DNA from: Negaprion brevirostris
Lineage: Eukaryota
DNA length: 64,000 nucleotides
NCBI GenBank assembly: GCA_030324005.1
Contig: JARDVH010000025.1
Location: 45,179,439-45,243,438 of the forward strand
Direction of reading: 5' to 3'
Part shown: positions 49,569 to 62,269 of the stretch, in pieces
Numbering within the stretch: position 1 is the first letter of the stretch
How the letters are laid out: each line of letters starts with the position of its first letter
Notes under the pieces: generated by a model
Told to the model about the DNA's origin: nothing
Seen by the model: the letters and a program-made list of their open reading frames with translations, nothing else
The model's database searches: none
Program-made: the position numbers and the translations under genes

Positions 49569-50455
49569 GGTGGGATTCTCCCAAAGAAATGTTAAGTGTC
49601 GAAATCACGTAAAAACTGGAGTAAATCGTGCTTTTTTTTGGCGGGAGTTTAAAAATGAATCTCTCACAGTCTGTGCACTGCAGACTGCATTAGCATGATT
49701 CATGCTGAAATTCAGTGGGTGGGGCCTATCCCCGTGGGAGAGGCTGGCAGCATAGCTGAGCCGCCTGTGCCAAGATTGGTGCATATACAGTGGCCCCTGT
49801 CAGCTGGCTTCCCGATCGCTGGCCAGCTCGATCCCGCAGTGCTGGCACTTCCTCTCCTCCATGGGCCAATTGCTGGCCCTCCTCAGACTTGCCTGTGCCA
49901 ACCCTGAACACTCCCCTCCCAACCCGCTTCCCCCACCACAATCCCAGCAGGCTGCCTCGCTGCCATCCTGAAGGCCTGGCCTGATCGCTGGCCTTACTCT
50001 CTGTGTGACTGATCCCAGTGCAGAGTGGAAGCAGGACTCCTCACCCCCACTGATTGCCCCCAAGAAACCCAGCCCCCCATCAGTCCTGCCCCATTAGGTC
50101 TCACTCCCTTGGCACTGCCCTTTGCCTTGTGGGCAGTGCCAAGGTGCCCCTGGGGGCACCACAACTATTGGCCCTCTTGGGGGGGGGACCTTGAGTGCCC
50201 TCTTCACTCTGGGGGGCTCAGAGATATCAGCCCCAGGCCTGCTAATGCTTCTTAAATGATATTAAAATTCTCAATAACATAAATTTTGCAGCTCCACACC
50301 GATATCTGGTGCAAAGCTGATGGTGCTGGAAATCTAGTGCTGGGAGACATGCTGGGACCCAGCCGCCCAATGGGGAAACTATGAAATGGCCCCCACTAGA
50401 GCGCCCCATCCTGCTGCCCTAAAAAGGTAGCGCAACAGTATGGGAGAATCACCCC
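49569..50455. mobile_element. Non-autonomous DNA transposon (~890 bp) inserted in the Gypsy integrase
   Basis: TIRs ggtgggattctccca / tgggagaatcacccc; integrase motifs continue on both sides. Confidence 0.85.
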
Positions 50456-51233
50456 CACATTTACCCACTTGCTGTAGCTATTGATCAAATTAAGGTACTC
50501 GTTCCCTTCCACCTCAAAGAAATCATTATGTTCTCTTTTGCACGGGTTTCTTGTGTTTCACTATGAAATGAGGAACCTTGAATCAGGTGATTTCTCATTC
50601 TAATACACATCTGAACACTTTTATCTAGCTCTCCAACATCTGTCTACCTTTGGGTACCATTCTTCTTGCCATTGCTTCCATATGGAATATCCCTGTGTGC
50701 TCACGATGACGTTCCTCTGACAATCTCTCTCTAGACCTTCACATAATAATGATACCAATAATAATAAATTGTAGATTACCATGATCTACATTTCTGCAAG
50801 TGAAATGCTCCGCAATTTCTTATGATCACATGCTTGGTCAGCCACTCACAACATAATTGACCAGTTACTGAGCGCTACGTTCTTGTGAGTTTCTTCACTA
50901 GTTTCTTGTGCCAGACACTGGCATGTCATTTATGTACTTATAGTTCAGTGGCTAGAAATGGATCGGTAAAAGTGTTGAAAGATTGTCAACAATTGCCTGA
51001 TCTACTGACTTATGACATTTAATCTTGTACTGCTGGGGTACTGATAAAAATATCTCTAAAGCCATGCTGGGATGATTTTCCCTTCTTTGAAGCAAATATG
51101 ATTGTAATGGTTAGGTGATCAGATATTAAAGTGAACTTCCTATCATACAAGTAAATATGGAAGCTAGTTTCAGCTTATGAGATTGCTAAAGCTTCTTTCT
51201 CAACTTGTGCATAACTGTGCTTTGACTTTATTA

Positions 51234-51443
51234 GCAAGAAGCTATTTTTGGTACCCAAAAGTAGACAGGGATATTGAAGAGCTGGTGAAAAGTTGTGAAG
51301 TGTGCTTCAGAATGAGAAATTATCCAATCCAAGGTTCCTTGCATTCCATGGTCAAACACAAGAGACCAGTGTGAATGAGAATATGTTGATTTCTTTGAGG
51401 TGGAAGGAAAAATAAGAGTACCTTATTTTGGTCACTAGCTACA
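51234..51443 (+). mobile_element. Inverted second copy of the integrase zinc-binding segment
   Basis: LARSYFWYPKVDRDIEELVKSCEVC...; aligns to the reverse complement of 50472-50670. Confidence 0.88.
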
Positions 51444-51747
51444 GGAGGGGACATGCTTCTACACACTGTTTTCCGTTATGTGAGATAACACCAAAATTAA
51501 CCCTTGTGTTGAGGCTTTGCACGCTAAAACCGTTTGTTTCTTGTGATCATAGTGGACCAAAACAGCATCACTGGTCAATACTTTCTTCATTTCTTCAAAT
51601 GCTTTCTGACACTCTGTAGACCATTCCCAATCTATTCCATCTTTGAACATTTGGAAGCAGCACCACATTCTGATGAATCACTCACAGAAACTTCTGGATT
51701 TCTCAATTCTTCTGCCTGTGCCGAAATCTTGAAGTTTCAGTTGAGTA

Positions 51748-51838
51748 CAGTGAGAAGTCTCACAACACCAGGTTAAAGTCCAATAGGTTTATTTGGAATC
51801 ACAAGCTTTTGGAATGCTGCTCCTTTATCAGGTGAGTG
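51748..51838 (-). mobile_element. Penelope-type terminus (second family)
   Basis: Reverse complement cacctgataaaggagcagcattccaaaagcttgtgattccaaataaacc...ggtgttgtgagacttc; a short fragment also lies at ~49174-49196. Confidence 0.6.
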
Positions 51839-52048
51839 ATGATCAGTGCAGTAATGATAGCAAACACCAACAAGTTTGCTGTCATTGCCACAACAAAATC
51901 TGGGCTGGAGAATCCTAATATGAATGCAAGCTCTTTAAAAAATCATTTTCTCACAGGCAATTCCATATGAATCTTCCAATAACCATTCCATAAACTAGTC
52001 TGTGACTGAAAGTTACAAATGTCCTGTTGCCAAGTTGGAGGCAAAATT

Positions 52049-52372
52049 GGGCGACACGGTGGCACAGTGGTTAGCACTGCTGCCCCACAGCACTAGGGAC
52101 CCAGAATTAATTCTGGCCTCGGGTGACTGTCTGTGTGGAGTTTGCACATTCTCCCCTTGTTTGCATGGGTTTACTCTGGGGTGCTCTGGTTTCCTCCCAC
52201 AGTCCAGAGATGTGCACGTTAGGTGGATTGGCTATGCTAAATTGCCCCTGGGTGTCAGGAGATTAGCAGGGTAAATACATGTGGTTACTTGTTAGGGCCA
52301 GGGTGGGATTGTTGTCAGTGCAGACTCAATGGGTCAGGTGATCTCCTTCCGTACTGTAGAGATTCTGTGATT
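52049..52372 (+). mobile_element. HE1-type V-SINE
   Basis: Full head, V-domain and tail. Confidence 0.92.
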
Positions 52373-54300
52373 CGTATTGATGATTGGAATGAGAAGGTAC
52401 GGGGAAAAAAATGACACATTCATTATTTACCTGCCAGGAATACTGAGGTCATATTATGCAGAGGCAATAAGGATAGGAGACATGAAACATCCTGCGGCCA
52501 CAGTTGATTTGTTCAGAACAAATATTGACATTCAGTGGTGGGGTGTCCTTGACTTTATCCATGTTTTGCTGCGGCTGTCAATTTTGCCAAAGCCCACGAA
52601 ACCCAGCCAACTACAATTAAACCTGCCAAGTAGGTTAATCCAAGGCCTCCAGCGTCAGTTAAAATGCCAGCCTGCCTCCTGAGAGTGGCCTGGCTACTCA
52701 CTCCTTGTCCCATCTCACAAAGTGTTGGAAGGTAGCGTATTGGAGCCTCTCAACATCCTGACACACTTCTAATATTGCCCATTTAACTTATCCACTTGTG
52801 CCAATCTGACCTACTCACCCTTGTAAAATCTCCCTCCCTCTCCAAGTACTCATTAACTGTATGTCAAAGATTTGGCTTGCTGAAAGAAAAGCGCCCGATT
52901 TGTATTTGAATAAATAAATGCTATCTGCTTCCATAATCTCGCTAGGGAATTTATTTTCTAGATTGGTCACTTGCTTACTGTAATATTGTTTTGCAACACC
53001 ACCCCCCCACCTCCCCCCCACCAACGTCACTCCCAGTGCAGATGGTATCCTCTGATTCTAGAGAAGGAAAAGTCTTTCTACATCCCCTAACCTGTTTAGA
53101 ATTGTAAATAAAGCAAACATATCACTGCCTCTTCTTTTTCATTAAGAACATACTCTTTTTTTATCAGGGCTTCTCATAATCTAATTCATCCATCCCTTAA
53201 TTATTTGGTGGAAAAATAATCCTAGGTTTCTGTTGTTATGAAGAGGGCAGATATTTCACTCACACCTGCCGAAACAGGTTATTTTTCTATTTATAAACTA
53301 AATGTCAGGATCGCACCACTCACAAGATATTTCACCTGTGTTATCACCAGAGACAGATTTTGTTAAACTAATGTGAGAACATGTACTGACTGTTGTCTCT
53401 CAGTAGTTCCTGGAGTGCACCTGGGACAGGGTAGGGAATTGCAGTGAGCTGTTTGTCTTTGGGAAGCAGCTGAATAGTGGAGATGAGTAACTTTTCTGCA
53501 GCTTTCCTTGATTGCCTTTGGGCTTCAGGGACTATTTATGTGAAACTTTCGCTCAGAAGATTAAATACATTCGGTAGAGTTCATTGTAAATGAAACAATA
53601 AAAATAGCCATGGCAGAAGTGGACCTGATGCCTTTCCCATGTATGTGATCAAACGTGGTTTATCACCTGATAAATCTATAGCAACGTCAAAATAGTGAAT
53701 CCTTCAATGATAATGCTATCATTCATTTACTATATTGATATCAGTTTGGTATTGTGCTGCCTGCTGTCACTGGAAAAAAGCATAGCCAAATTTGCTTGAC
53801 TATTTCCCACCTATAGCTCAGTGAATTTACAGCACTGGTATTGCAATCATTTTGACCAAAAGGATTTCTGATTCAATAACAATAACCAATCTTGCTGAAC
53901 TAGCTAATTTAGTGGTGTTACGACAAGCCTCAACATCCTGAAAAAGATCTGACAGGGGTTTATTCTCTTGGTCACTGTTCAGTGATTCCTGCAGGAAAGA
54001 CATGCTTGGACGTTTGCGATAACCAGATAAGGCTTGGCTGTGATGCCATTTTCTGGACAAATACTCAATTTTGAGGTTAACGTTAATGATAGCCACCTGA
54101 GCCACAGCAGTTCCTGTGGAGCTGTACCCAGAAAAAGAGAATGCTAGCAGGACAGACTCTATTGTATACATAATTTACAATGTATTGAGGAGAAATTATG
54201 TTAAGACTCTAACCTCATCTTTAGATAATAGTTGCAACTCATTATCCTTCATTAAGTGTCTAATATTCACTGCCACACTAAGTATCTAGCATGTAACATA

Positions 54301-55010
54301 GGGCTGGAGATTGTATGGCATGTTTTTTGAGTGAGGGGAGGGGTGTGGGGGAAAATGTAAGATATTGCAATTGCCCACCTCCTTCCTGCTCACCTCTAAT
54401 CTGCTCTCTACAATACCGAGATGGGTGTGGTGCAGCCAGCCTGCCCTTAGACCTATTGAGATCCTTAAGTGGACAATTAAGGTCCTCAATTCACCTCCAT
54501 AATATGCTGGGCAGTAGAGGCAAACAAAAGTGGGAAGGCAGCTTTTTTTCACTAAAGTTGATGAAAGGGGAGGAAGAAAGTCTTGAGGGGAGGAGGAGAG
54601 GCTACATCCTTTGGGAGAGTTTTCCTATGCTTACCGGGGGAACCCCACCATTGATTGTATCCCACCCGATTATGCCTCCCTACCTAGCGTCCAAAACCCA
54701 TTCCTTCATCTTTACTCCCCGTCTCCCAAGGGTGCCTGATCCCTCACGTCCAAAAAGTCCATGTTGTCTTTTTTGAGGAACTGCTTGCAGTCCCAGCAGC
54801 AGCCAGTACTTAGTTCTTTTGCTGCTGAAGTACAAGAGCTGCTGGCCAATCAATGTTGACTGTATTGATAGGCGATCAGCAACAAACAATCAGCTTCTTA
54901 AGGCTGTCCGCACCACAATATCACTGAGGATAACCTTTTCCAAAGTTAATCAGTTTGCAAAGGAGTGGTGAGCAATATTCACAGCGCCCCCACATGTAAA
55001 AATTTATTCC
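54301..55010. mobile_element. Decayed non-autonomous DNA transposon
   Basis: Starts gggctggagatt and ends gtaaaaatttattcc; internal motif shared with 42225-42270. Confidence 0.4.
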
Positions 55011-56405
55011 AGTTACAAATGCTGATGCTTAACAAAAATTGGCATGTTCCGCAGATAAATAGAGCAAAAACGTAATGTGTTGTCTGTGTAACAGGTAATC
55101 AAAGAAGGGTTTGTCTTGCCTGATATCCATGTTTCACAACACCAATGTAGTCAGTTTCACAATGTTATCTTGATAAAACTATTCCAAGCGTGCAGATTCT
55201 GTCCTTCTCTGACAATATTTGTGACAAATTTACACCCATAGCAGAAAAACGCAGCATGATAATCACAGCATATCACTGCCAAAATTGACTCTGTTGTGCT
55301 GCGCTCTCTCTCGCCAAGAACAACTCAAGGTGCTGGTCTGGCAATGAAAAAATGTTGTCAGAACTAACATATTGCTCCAGAATCCATCCACATCAAAAAG
55401 CAGACTGCCATGTACCCATCCTCTGGGGTGTATGATTCCAAGTCTTCTGGTCAATAAATGATGTGCCAGCAGGCATGTGTGATTTGTCAAATTAAACTGG
55501 CGTGCAACAACTCCCTGCAAGTTGCAGCAGACACGTGAGTGTGGGAAGACAGAGGTCATGCCTGCATACAGTGAAGCTGATTTTCAGACATAGGAAGCTT
55601 GCCCATTTGTGTGCCTATAGCGCCGATAAGACAATATTATTAATGAACCTTACTTATGATGGTCAGCTTAGGAAAACACAACAAATGAGTGCCAACCATC
55701 ATGATAAAATTTCTGGAGTGAGTGAATGTAAAAGTAATTGCAAAGAATATTAGAAAATATTTCTAACTCACTCAGTCAGCAATAAAAATTCTTGTCTTTT
55801 CCCTCAATTTTATTAAATTATTCATAACTGTGAAAGGGTTATGAAATGTGGAGAAAAGTCTGTTTTCTTATTAAAGAAATCTGCATATGTAAATTAATTC
55901 TAATTAACACAATTATTAGCATGTTATCCCTAATAACATAAAACTCATAGCCTCTAAGTTTTACAAAGATAGGCATTATGGTTGTTGAGTTCTGGATGAA
56001 ACTCTATTTTCAAAGTAGCCCAATTAGGTAATGCAAATTAGTTACTATTAACATAATTGATTAATATACTAAAAGCACAGAAATAATAAATTTGCAAATT
56101 TATGAAAATGCAATTTATGGCTTTCACATGTTAAGTCTATTTTCTAATTAACCTGATTTTTGAAGGCAAAGTAAAAACTGTACGTATCACAAAATATATC
56201 AGAATGACAGATAAATTAATAGTGTAAAGTAATGGTGCTTTAAACACTAACATTCTATTTAGGCTTTCTGATATTGTATTAACTGCTCCTTGGCACTATT
56301 TAGCATGTATACATTCTACTGTGCTAGTAAATGCAGATTGTCACAGACCAATAGATCAGATTGCTTGATTGATAGCCAAGTAAAGCTACTTCCACAAAGC
56401 TCATT

Positions 56406-56616
56406 GGGGTGGAATTCTCTGGCCTCCCAGCCCTGTGTTTCTCAGCAGTGGGAGGTAGCATGCTGTTCACTGGTGATAGCATTCTCTGGTTCCACTGCTG
56501 TCAATGGGATTTCCCATTGATGTCACCCCATACCACAGCAAAATCCATGGGAAGGGGTGTGCTGACAGTGGGACTGGAGAATCCCACTGGCATGAATGGC
56601 TGGAAAATTCCCTCCC
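56406..56616. mobile_element. Palindromic MITE
   Basis: TIRs ggggtggaattctctggcc / ggctggaaaattccctccc; central hairpin tcaatggga-tt-tcccattga. Confidence 0.8.
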
Positions 56617-56677
56617 ATTGTTACCGGATTAGAACAAAAATATTTCTGAAAGCGTAATTCAAGATAATCTAATTCTC

Positions 56678-57390
56678 TTTTTAATTATCTGTTCACGATA
56701 TGTGGGTGTTGCTGACAAGGCCAACATTTGTTATCCACTCCTAATTGCCCTCGAGACTGTAGTAATGAGCTGCCTTCTTGAACTGCTGCAGTCCATCTGC
56801 TAAAGGCACTTTGAGAGGTAATGAGTTCCAAAATTTTGACACCACAATGATAAAGCCATGGGTGATGTATTTCCAAGTCAATTTGGTGTGTGACTTAGAA
56901 GGGAACTTGGAAGGGATGGTGTTCCAATGCATCTGCTGCCCTTGTCTTTCTAAACAAGTAGCAGTTGCAGGTTTGGTAGGTGCTGTTGAAGAAGACTTAG
57001 CAAGTTGTTGTGTGCATCTTGTAGATGGTACAGAGTCTGCTTGTGGTGGAGGGGGTGCAAGTTTAAGATGGCCAATGGGATGCTTTGTCCTGNNNNNNNN
57101 NNNNNNNNNNNNNNNNNNNNNNNNNNNNNNNNNNNNNNNNNNNNNNNNNNNNNNNNNNNNNNNNNNNNNNNNNNNNNNNNNNNNNNNNNNNNATGAGGTC
57201 GAGCTTCTTGAGAATTATTGGCGCTGCATTCATCCAGGCAAGTCGAGGGTATTCTCTCACATCCTTGATTTGAGCCTTTTGAGTGGTGGACAGGCTTTGG
57301 GGAGTCAGGAGGTGAGTCACTTGCCACAAAATATCTAGGTTCTGAACTGCTTTTGTAGCCACAGTACTTACTTGGCTGGTTCAGGCAAAT
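56678..57390 (-). mobile_element. CR1/L2-type LINE (second family), 3' fragment
   Basis: QVTHLLTPQSLSTTQKAQIKDVREYPRLAWMNAAPIILKKLD; tail gggcaattaggagtggataacaaatgttggcc. Confidence 0.85.
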
Positions 57391-58365
57391 TTCTGTTTCT
57401 GAGTAGAGCTTGCATTCAGTGAGGCTTCCAGCAGAGAGTACAGGTTCAGTTTGACCACAACGTCTCTTTAAAGAGTTTGAATATACCCTTCAACATTTTA
57501 GATGGAATTTAAACATTTAAACGGAAAGGCATTTTATGTGTAGAAAAATCATAAACATGCTCTTTAAACATTTTGTTTAATGTTGTAATATTAATAAATA
57601 GCGAACGGCAACCATCTTCCCCACAAGGAAGTCTGTGGATTCCTTGCTGTACAACAGGCACAACATAAAAAGCCCATTTTGACGACGTGACGGGTCAGAA
57701 GATTATCTGGAGTAATTATAAAACAAATTCAATCTGCGTAACTTTCAGTCCTGAATGTTCTTTGTGGTTTTTAAAGTTGCTCTAATTTAATACAACAGCT
57801 GCAAAAACAATTTCCTAAAGATTTCTAAAGCTGAAATTCATGACAGAATACAAAATGAACTGTAAAGAACTAAGCGTCACATTAATATTCACAGGCACAA
57901 ATTGCAGGAGGGTGTAATTACAGCGTGACAAATTTACGTAGGTAGTTTTCATCATAAATGTGGACATAGGAATTTATAATGGAGCAAGTTGACAGAAAGT
58001 GCAGGCAGACATTTTAATAAAATAAGATCTGAGAGAAATAATATCAAAAATGAAATAAAAATAACAACAGATTGTATGACTTTAAAATGGGGACAGAATT
58101 ATGTCTGCAGTTCCTACTCCAATTATCACTATATCCCTCGAGTCTTCTTTCACCTGAAGACAGGAAAATAGAGTGATGTGGGGAGAGCATCAGACTAGCT
58201 TTCCCTGATCTCAGCAGTTTGGGTCATCTTAATCCTTGGGCTTTATTAACATCTCTCCGGGCAACTGCTTTCTATAGCGGGTGGTCTCAGGTGTACTCTG
58301 GTTGCTTGCATTGGTGAAGGCGGAGGCCTATCAAAGCCATTCAGATGCAAAGAGAGGGACAGCAG

Positions 58366-58880
58366 AGAATTGTAGAATTATAGAATTCCTACAGTGCAAA
58401 AGGAGGCCATTCAGCCCAATAAGTCTGCACCGACCACAATCCCACCCAGGCCCTATCCCCATAACCCCAAATATTTACACTGCTTGTCCCATCTGACACT
58501 AAGGTCAATTTAGCACGGCCAATCAATCTAACCCGCACATCTTTGGACTGTGGGAGGAAACCATAGCACCCTGAGCAAACCCACACAGACACGGTGAGAA
58601 CGTGCAAACTCCACACAAACAATGAGCTGAGCCTGGGTGTTGAACCTGGGTCCCTGGGGCTGTAAGGCAGCAGTGCTAACTATTGTGCCACCATGCTGCC
58701 AACACAAACCATAGAACCATAGAATCCTGACAGTGCAGAAGAGACCATTTGGCCCATCAAGTCTGCACCGACTCTACAACCGAGTATCTTACCCATGCCC
58801 TAGCCCTGTAACCCCACACATTTACCATGGCCATGGAAACTACAGCACCTGGAGGAAACCCATGCAAGCATGGGAAGACG
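58366..58880 (-). mobile_element. Two adjacent HE1-type V-SINEs (full 58366-58700; partial 58709-58880)
   Basis: Two tails (tagaat..cagtgca.aa) and V-domain sequence. Confidence 0.88.
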
Positions 58881-59308
58881 TGGGGCTTGATAAAGAACTC
58901 CCCCTACCTTTTTTGACCTTGCCAAAGCAAAGTTTAATAATTACATGGCTCATTGTTCTTGAAGACCAGGTTTCATTGAATAAGGCGGACATGGCAATTA
59001 AAATGCCATCAATGTCATAAGGACATCATAAACAGCAGATTTGCTTGCATTAATGAGTCTGTGTCTGACTCAGGCAGGGTCCTCGCTCCGTAATGGGACA
59101 GAATGAGTAGGAACAGGCCCGTATGTTTTCAGAGGCAATGCTAACAGCATAGTCACCCCACTCCAATCAGGATCTTGACAAGAGATTGACCAATGTTAAT
59201 TAATTTTGTGAAAAATTCAGAAATAAATACTGGCATTTGGTTAATCCCCTCTTGTAAGAAGAAATGACAAAGAATATTCAGTTTGTACTCTGCTTATTAG
59301 AAACTAAA

Positions 59309-59912
59309 GACTGAATTTTGCATTTTATGGGAGGAGGGGTTGTAATGTTTACTGTAGTCAGTCTTAACAGAGAGGGTTGGACTCTCAGGAACAGGAGGTC
59401 TCTTGAGTGCTTAGGCCGATCAGATTAGCCAGCAGGTCTTGCTGTCCCAGCAGAGCTCAGTATTAAGTGTGGCAGGCCCACAAAGATTGAAGGTGGACAC
59501 TGGACCCAGGCAAGTTCCTGAATTTTTGGGGTGGGCAGAGATCAGGGATCTGAGGGAGGGGATGAAATGTGTCTTATGGTGGGTTTTGGAGGCCAGATGG
59601 GCAGACACACGGGGGCTTAACGAACTTGGGCAGGTGGGTACATCTAATGCCTACAGATCAGTCCCCCTTAAAGAATGTAGCCCCCATTCCCATCTTTTCA
59701 TCAACTTGGGTGAAAAATGGCCTTCCCATTCTCACTCGCCTTCTACTGCCCAGTATATTGTCTTCAGTGGGCACCTTCCCCAATCACCCCTAATATTGGG
59801 AGAGCACAGAGTGGGCAGGGAGGTGCTCGGCGAACCAATTGACGCATTTTACATGCCCCCCCCATATCCCCCACCAAAAACATAACGGTTGGAGTGCCAT
59901 AAAATCCAGCCC
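59309..59912. mobile_element. Non-autonomous DNA transposon
   Basis: TIR-like ends gactgaatttt / aaaatccagccc around a GC-rich interior. Confidence 0.55.
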
Positions 59913-61404
59913 TAAATATTTACTGTTGTATGGACCCTTGATTAAACATTTGATGATAAATAAATCTGGTAAGCAGGATTACCCATGGAGCTCACAGCTA
60001 AAACAGTTAGCAGATTGTCTGTTATTTAGTGGATGAGGAACTCTGGGGTTTTGGGGGCTACTGCAAAGTGTTGCTTGGAGTCTGAGTGTTAGATGTTCAG
60101 CCCTGTGGCTGCTGTGGAGAAGTAAAAACAGTCTTTCTTCAAGGCCAGTGAAATCCCAAGGCAGGGTTAACCCCTGTCTTGCATAAGAGCTGAATTGTTC
60201 CTCACAGTTCAAAATTCCCAGGCATGCGGCAGAAAAATTTCTTCAGGCCTGTGAAAGTTCCATAACCAAAACTGCAAGGTAAATTTGTGACAAAAAGGAA
60301 AATGGTTGCCATGAGTAAACGCCGCAGCACACACTGACATGTCATTGAAGGAAAATCAGTTGCATTGCAGGTTCTTTGTCAAACCTCATCATCTGAGCAG
60401 CTGGATTAAATAGATAATAAATAAATCATTGGATTTGCCTAGAATGCCAAATCTGGCTGGCAGATTGATCCTTTCATTTTCTGCAATTAGGTACCTATGT
60501 AGCTAAAGATGAACTTCAGTGGCCTTGGGCATCAAATGCAGGAAGGCATTATCTGGAGGCCAGCAATGAGAACACTTGTTCACACATCTAGGGTTCAGTT
60601 CACACCAGGATTGGGTTGCATAGAGATGAGCAGCTGCAACTGCAAAGCAACACTTCTAACTGGTAACACCATCACAGGGGAAAGTGCCAAAGCAGGAGGA
60701 AGTGACAGGAGAGTCTGAGTATAGGCTCTCAAAATGGACCTCAAGGAAAAGACCAGCTAGATCGCTTGTGTGCTCTTTGCATTTTCTTGCCATTATATGC
60801 TCCTTTACTCTTGATAAGCCCATTTGTTAAAATATTTATTTTTAAAACTCCACTGTTCTAAATCAAGATACAGCATTACAAATGCAAAGAAGTCAAACTC
60901 TTTTGACAAGAGTGAGGTGATGCAATTGAAGAGGTGTCTGACACAATATTATGACTGATTTATTAAAGTCTATTATCTTGACTAACAGCTGACTAGTTTG
61001 TCTGGGGCTGTGCAGCAAACAGGTGAAGGACAAGAAAGTACATTAAAACATTAAGTACATCTGTCTGAGTCTTTCAACTATTTCTGGCGACTTTTCACTG
61101 TTTATACTTCATATAATTTAATATTCGAAGGAAAGCAAATTAGTATGAGTAAAATGTATCTTTATGCTTAAAGTAGAAATATTGAACATATGGAACTGAA
61201 TGCTGACAAACTGCTGATGCTGTGTTTAGACTGTTTTCCTGTTATTGATGCTGATGCTAACTCCAATGCTGAGGGCAATGCTACATTATGCAAGGCTAAA
61301 AGTCAATTTTATTTGGCATTCTAAACTGGAACTTAGTTTGGCAGATACAGATTTAAAATTTAAACTTAAATAGATTCATAGAAACTTACAGCACAGAAAG
61401 GCTA

Positions 61405-61685
61405 TTTATCAGTGTCACGAGTAGTCTTATGTTAACACTGCAATGAAGTTACTGTGAAAATCCCCTAGTCACCTCACTTCAGTGTCCATTCAGGTACACT
61501 GGGAGAATTAAGCATGGTCAGTGCACCCAACTAGCACATCACTTGGATTGCAGAAGGAAACCGGAGCACCCAGAGAAAGCCCTTGCAGACACGGGGAGAA
61601 CACACAAACAGCAACTCAACCTGGGAATCAAACCGAGGTCCCTGGCACTGCGACGCAGTAGTGCTAACTATCAAACACCATGCCC
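61405..61685 (-). mobile_element. V-SINE with alternative tail
   Basis: tttatcagtgtcacgagtagtcttatgttaacactgcaatgaagttactgtgaaaatcccc..., then V-domain and head. Confidence 0.85.
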
Positions 61686-62269
61686 CGCAGGAGCCATTCA
61701 GCCCATTGAGCCGGACTGTCTTTCAAAAGAGCAATCCAATTAGTCTCACTCCCCCTGCTCACTCCACAGGGCTTTGTGCAAATCTATCCTTTTCAAGTCA
61801 ACTGCTATAGCTCTGCTAATGGTTCAGTAAGTCTATGTCCTTAGGGACTGTGTCAAAATGTTTAATCCTCAATCTACACTAAGCTGGGGAAACAGGAGGA
61901 GAGCTACAGTAGGTTCTGGCTCCTTTCAGTTAGACGGTGGCAAATCGGAATTCCACTGCTGGCGATTGAGTGTGCGTGTGTGCAAGAGGCCACGGGGATA
62001 GAGGGAATTGTTGATTTGGTGAGTTGTTGCAGAACAACCAGTAAATTGTATATTCTACATCCACAGTGCTACAGGGAGTGGATATTAAGTCCAGTGATGA
62101 CAGGAAGTGATCAAGCAAACTGCTCTTTCTTCACTGCTTCAGAGCTTCCTGATTGTTGTTGCAACTATACTGATCTGAGTGAGTGATGATACTTCCTCTA
62201 CAGGCATTGAGAAGTCAGCAGGTGAGAAACTTACGCAAAATCTCACTTTCCCGCTAATATCAAGAGGCA

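Larger units (their letters stand above)
49205..51670 (-). mobile_element. Gypsy/Ty3 pol relic (RT connection, RNase H, integrase), split by a MITE and an inverted segment
   Basis: WEWSTECQKAFEEMKKVLTSDAVLVHYD...LACKAS...VLSH; SYAQVEKEALAI; FHIYLYDRKFTLISDH; SYSKWV; SAYHS; SLFSY*IIPQSTTG...LMFKYAPRTKFGLLKP. Confidence 0.9.

Noticed and set aside
51670-51692. CTGATGA...GAAAC hammerhead-like words
   Set aside because: The intervening bases cannot form stem II.
52049-52125. tRNA-like A/B-box sequence here and in other SINE heads
   Set aside because: These are SINE heads continuing into the V-domain, not tRNA genes.
53827-54171. 114-aa - strand ORF
   Set aside because: No recognisable domain or convincing splice sites; a length expected by chance.
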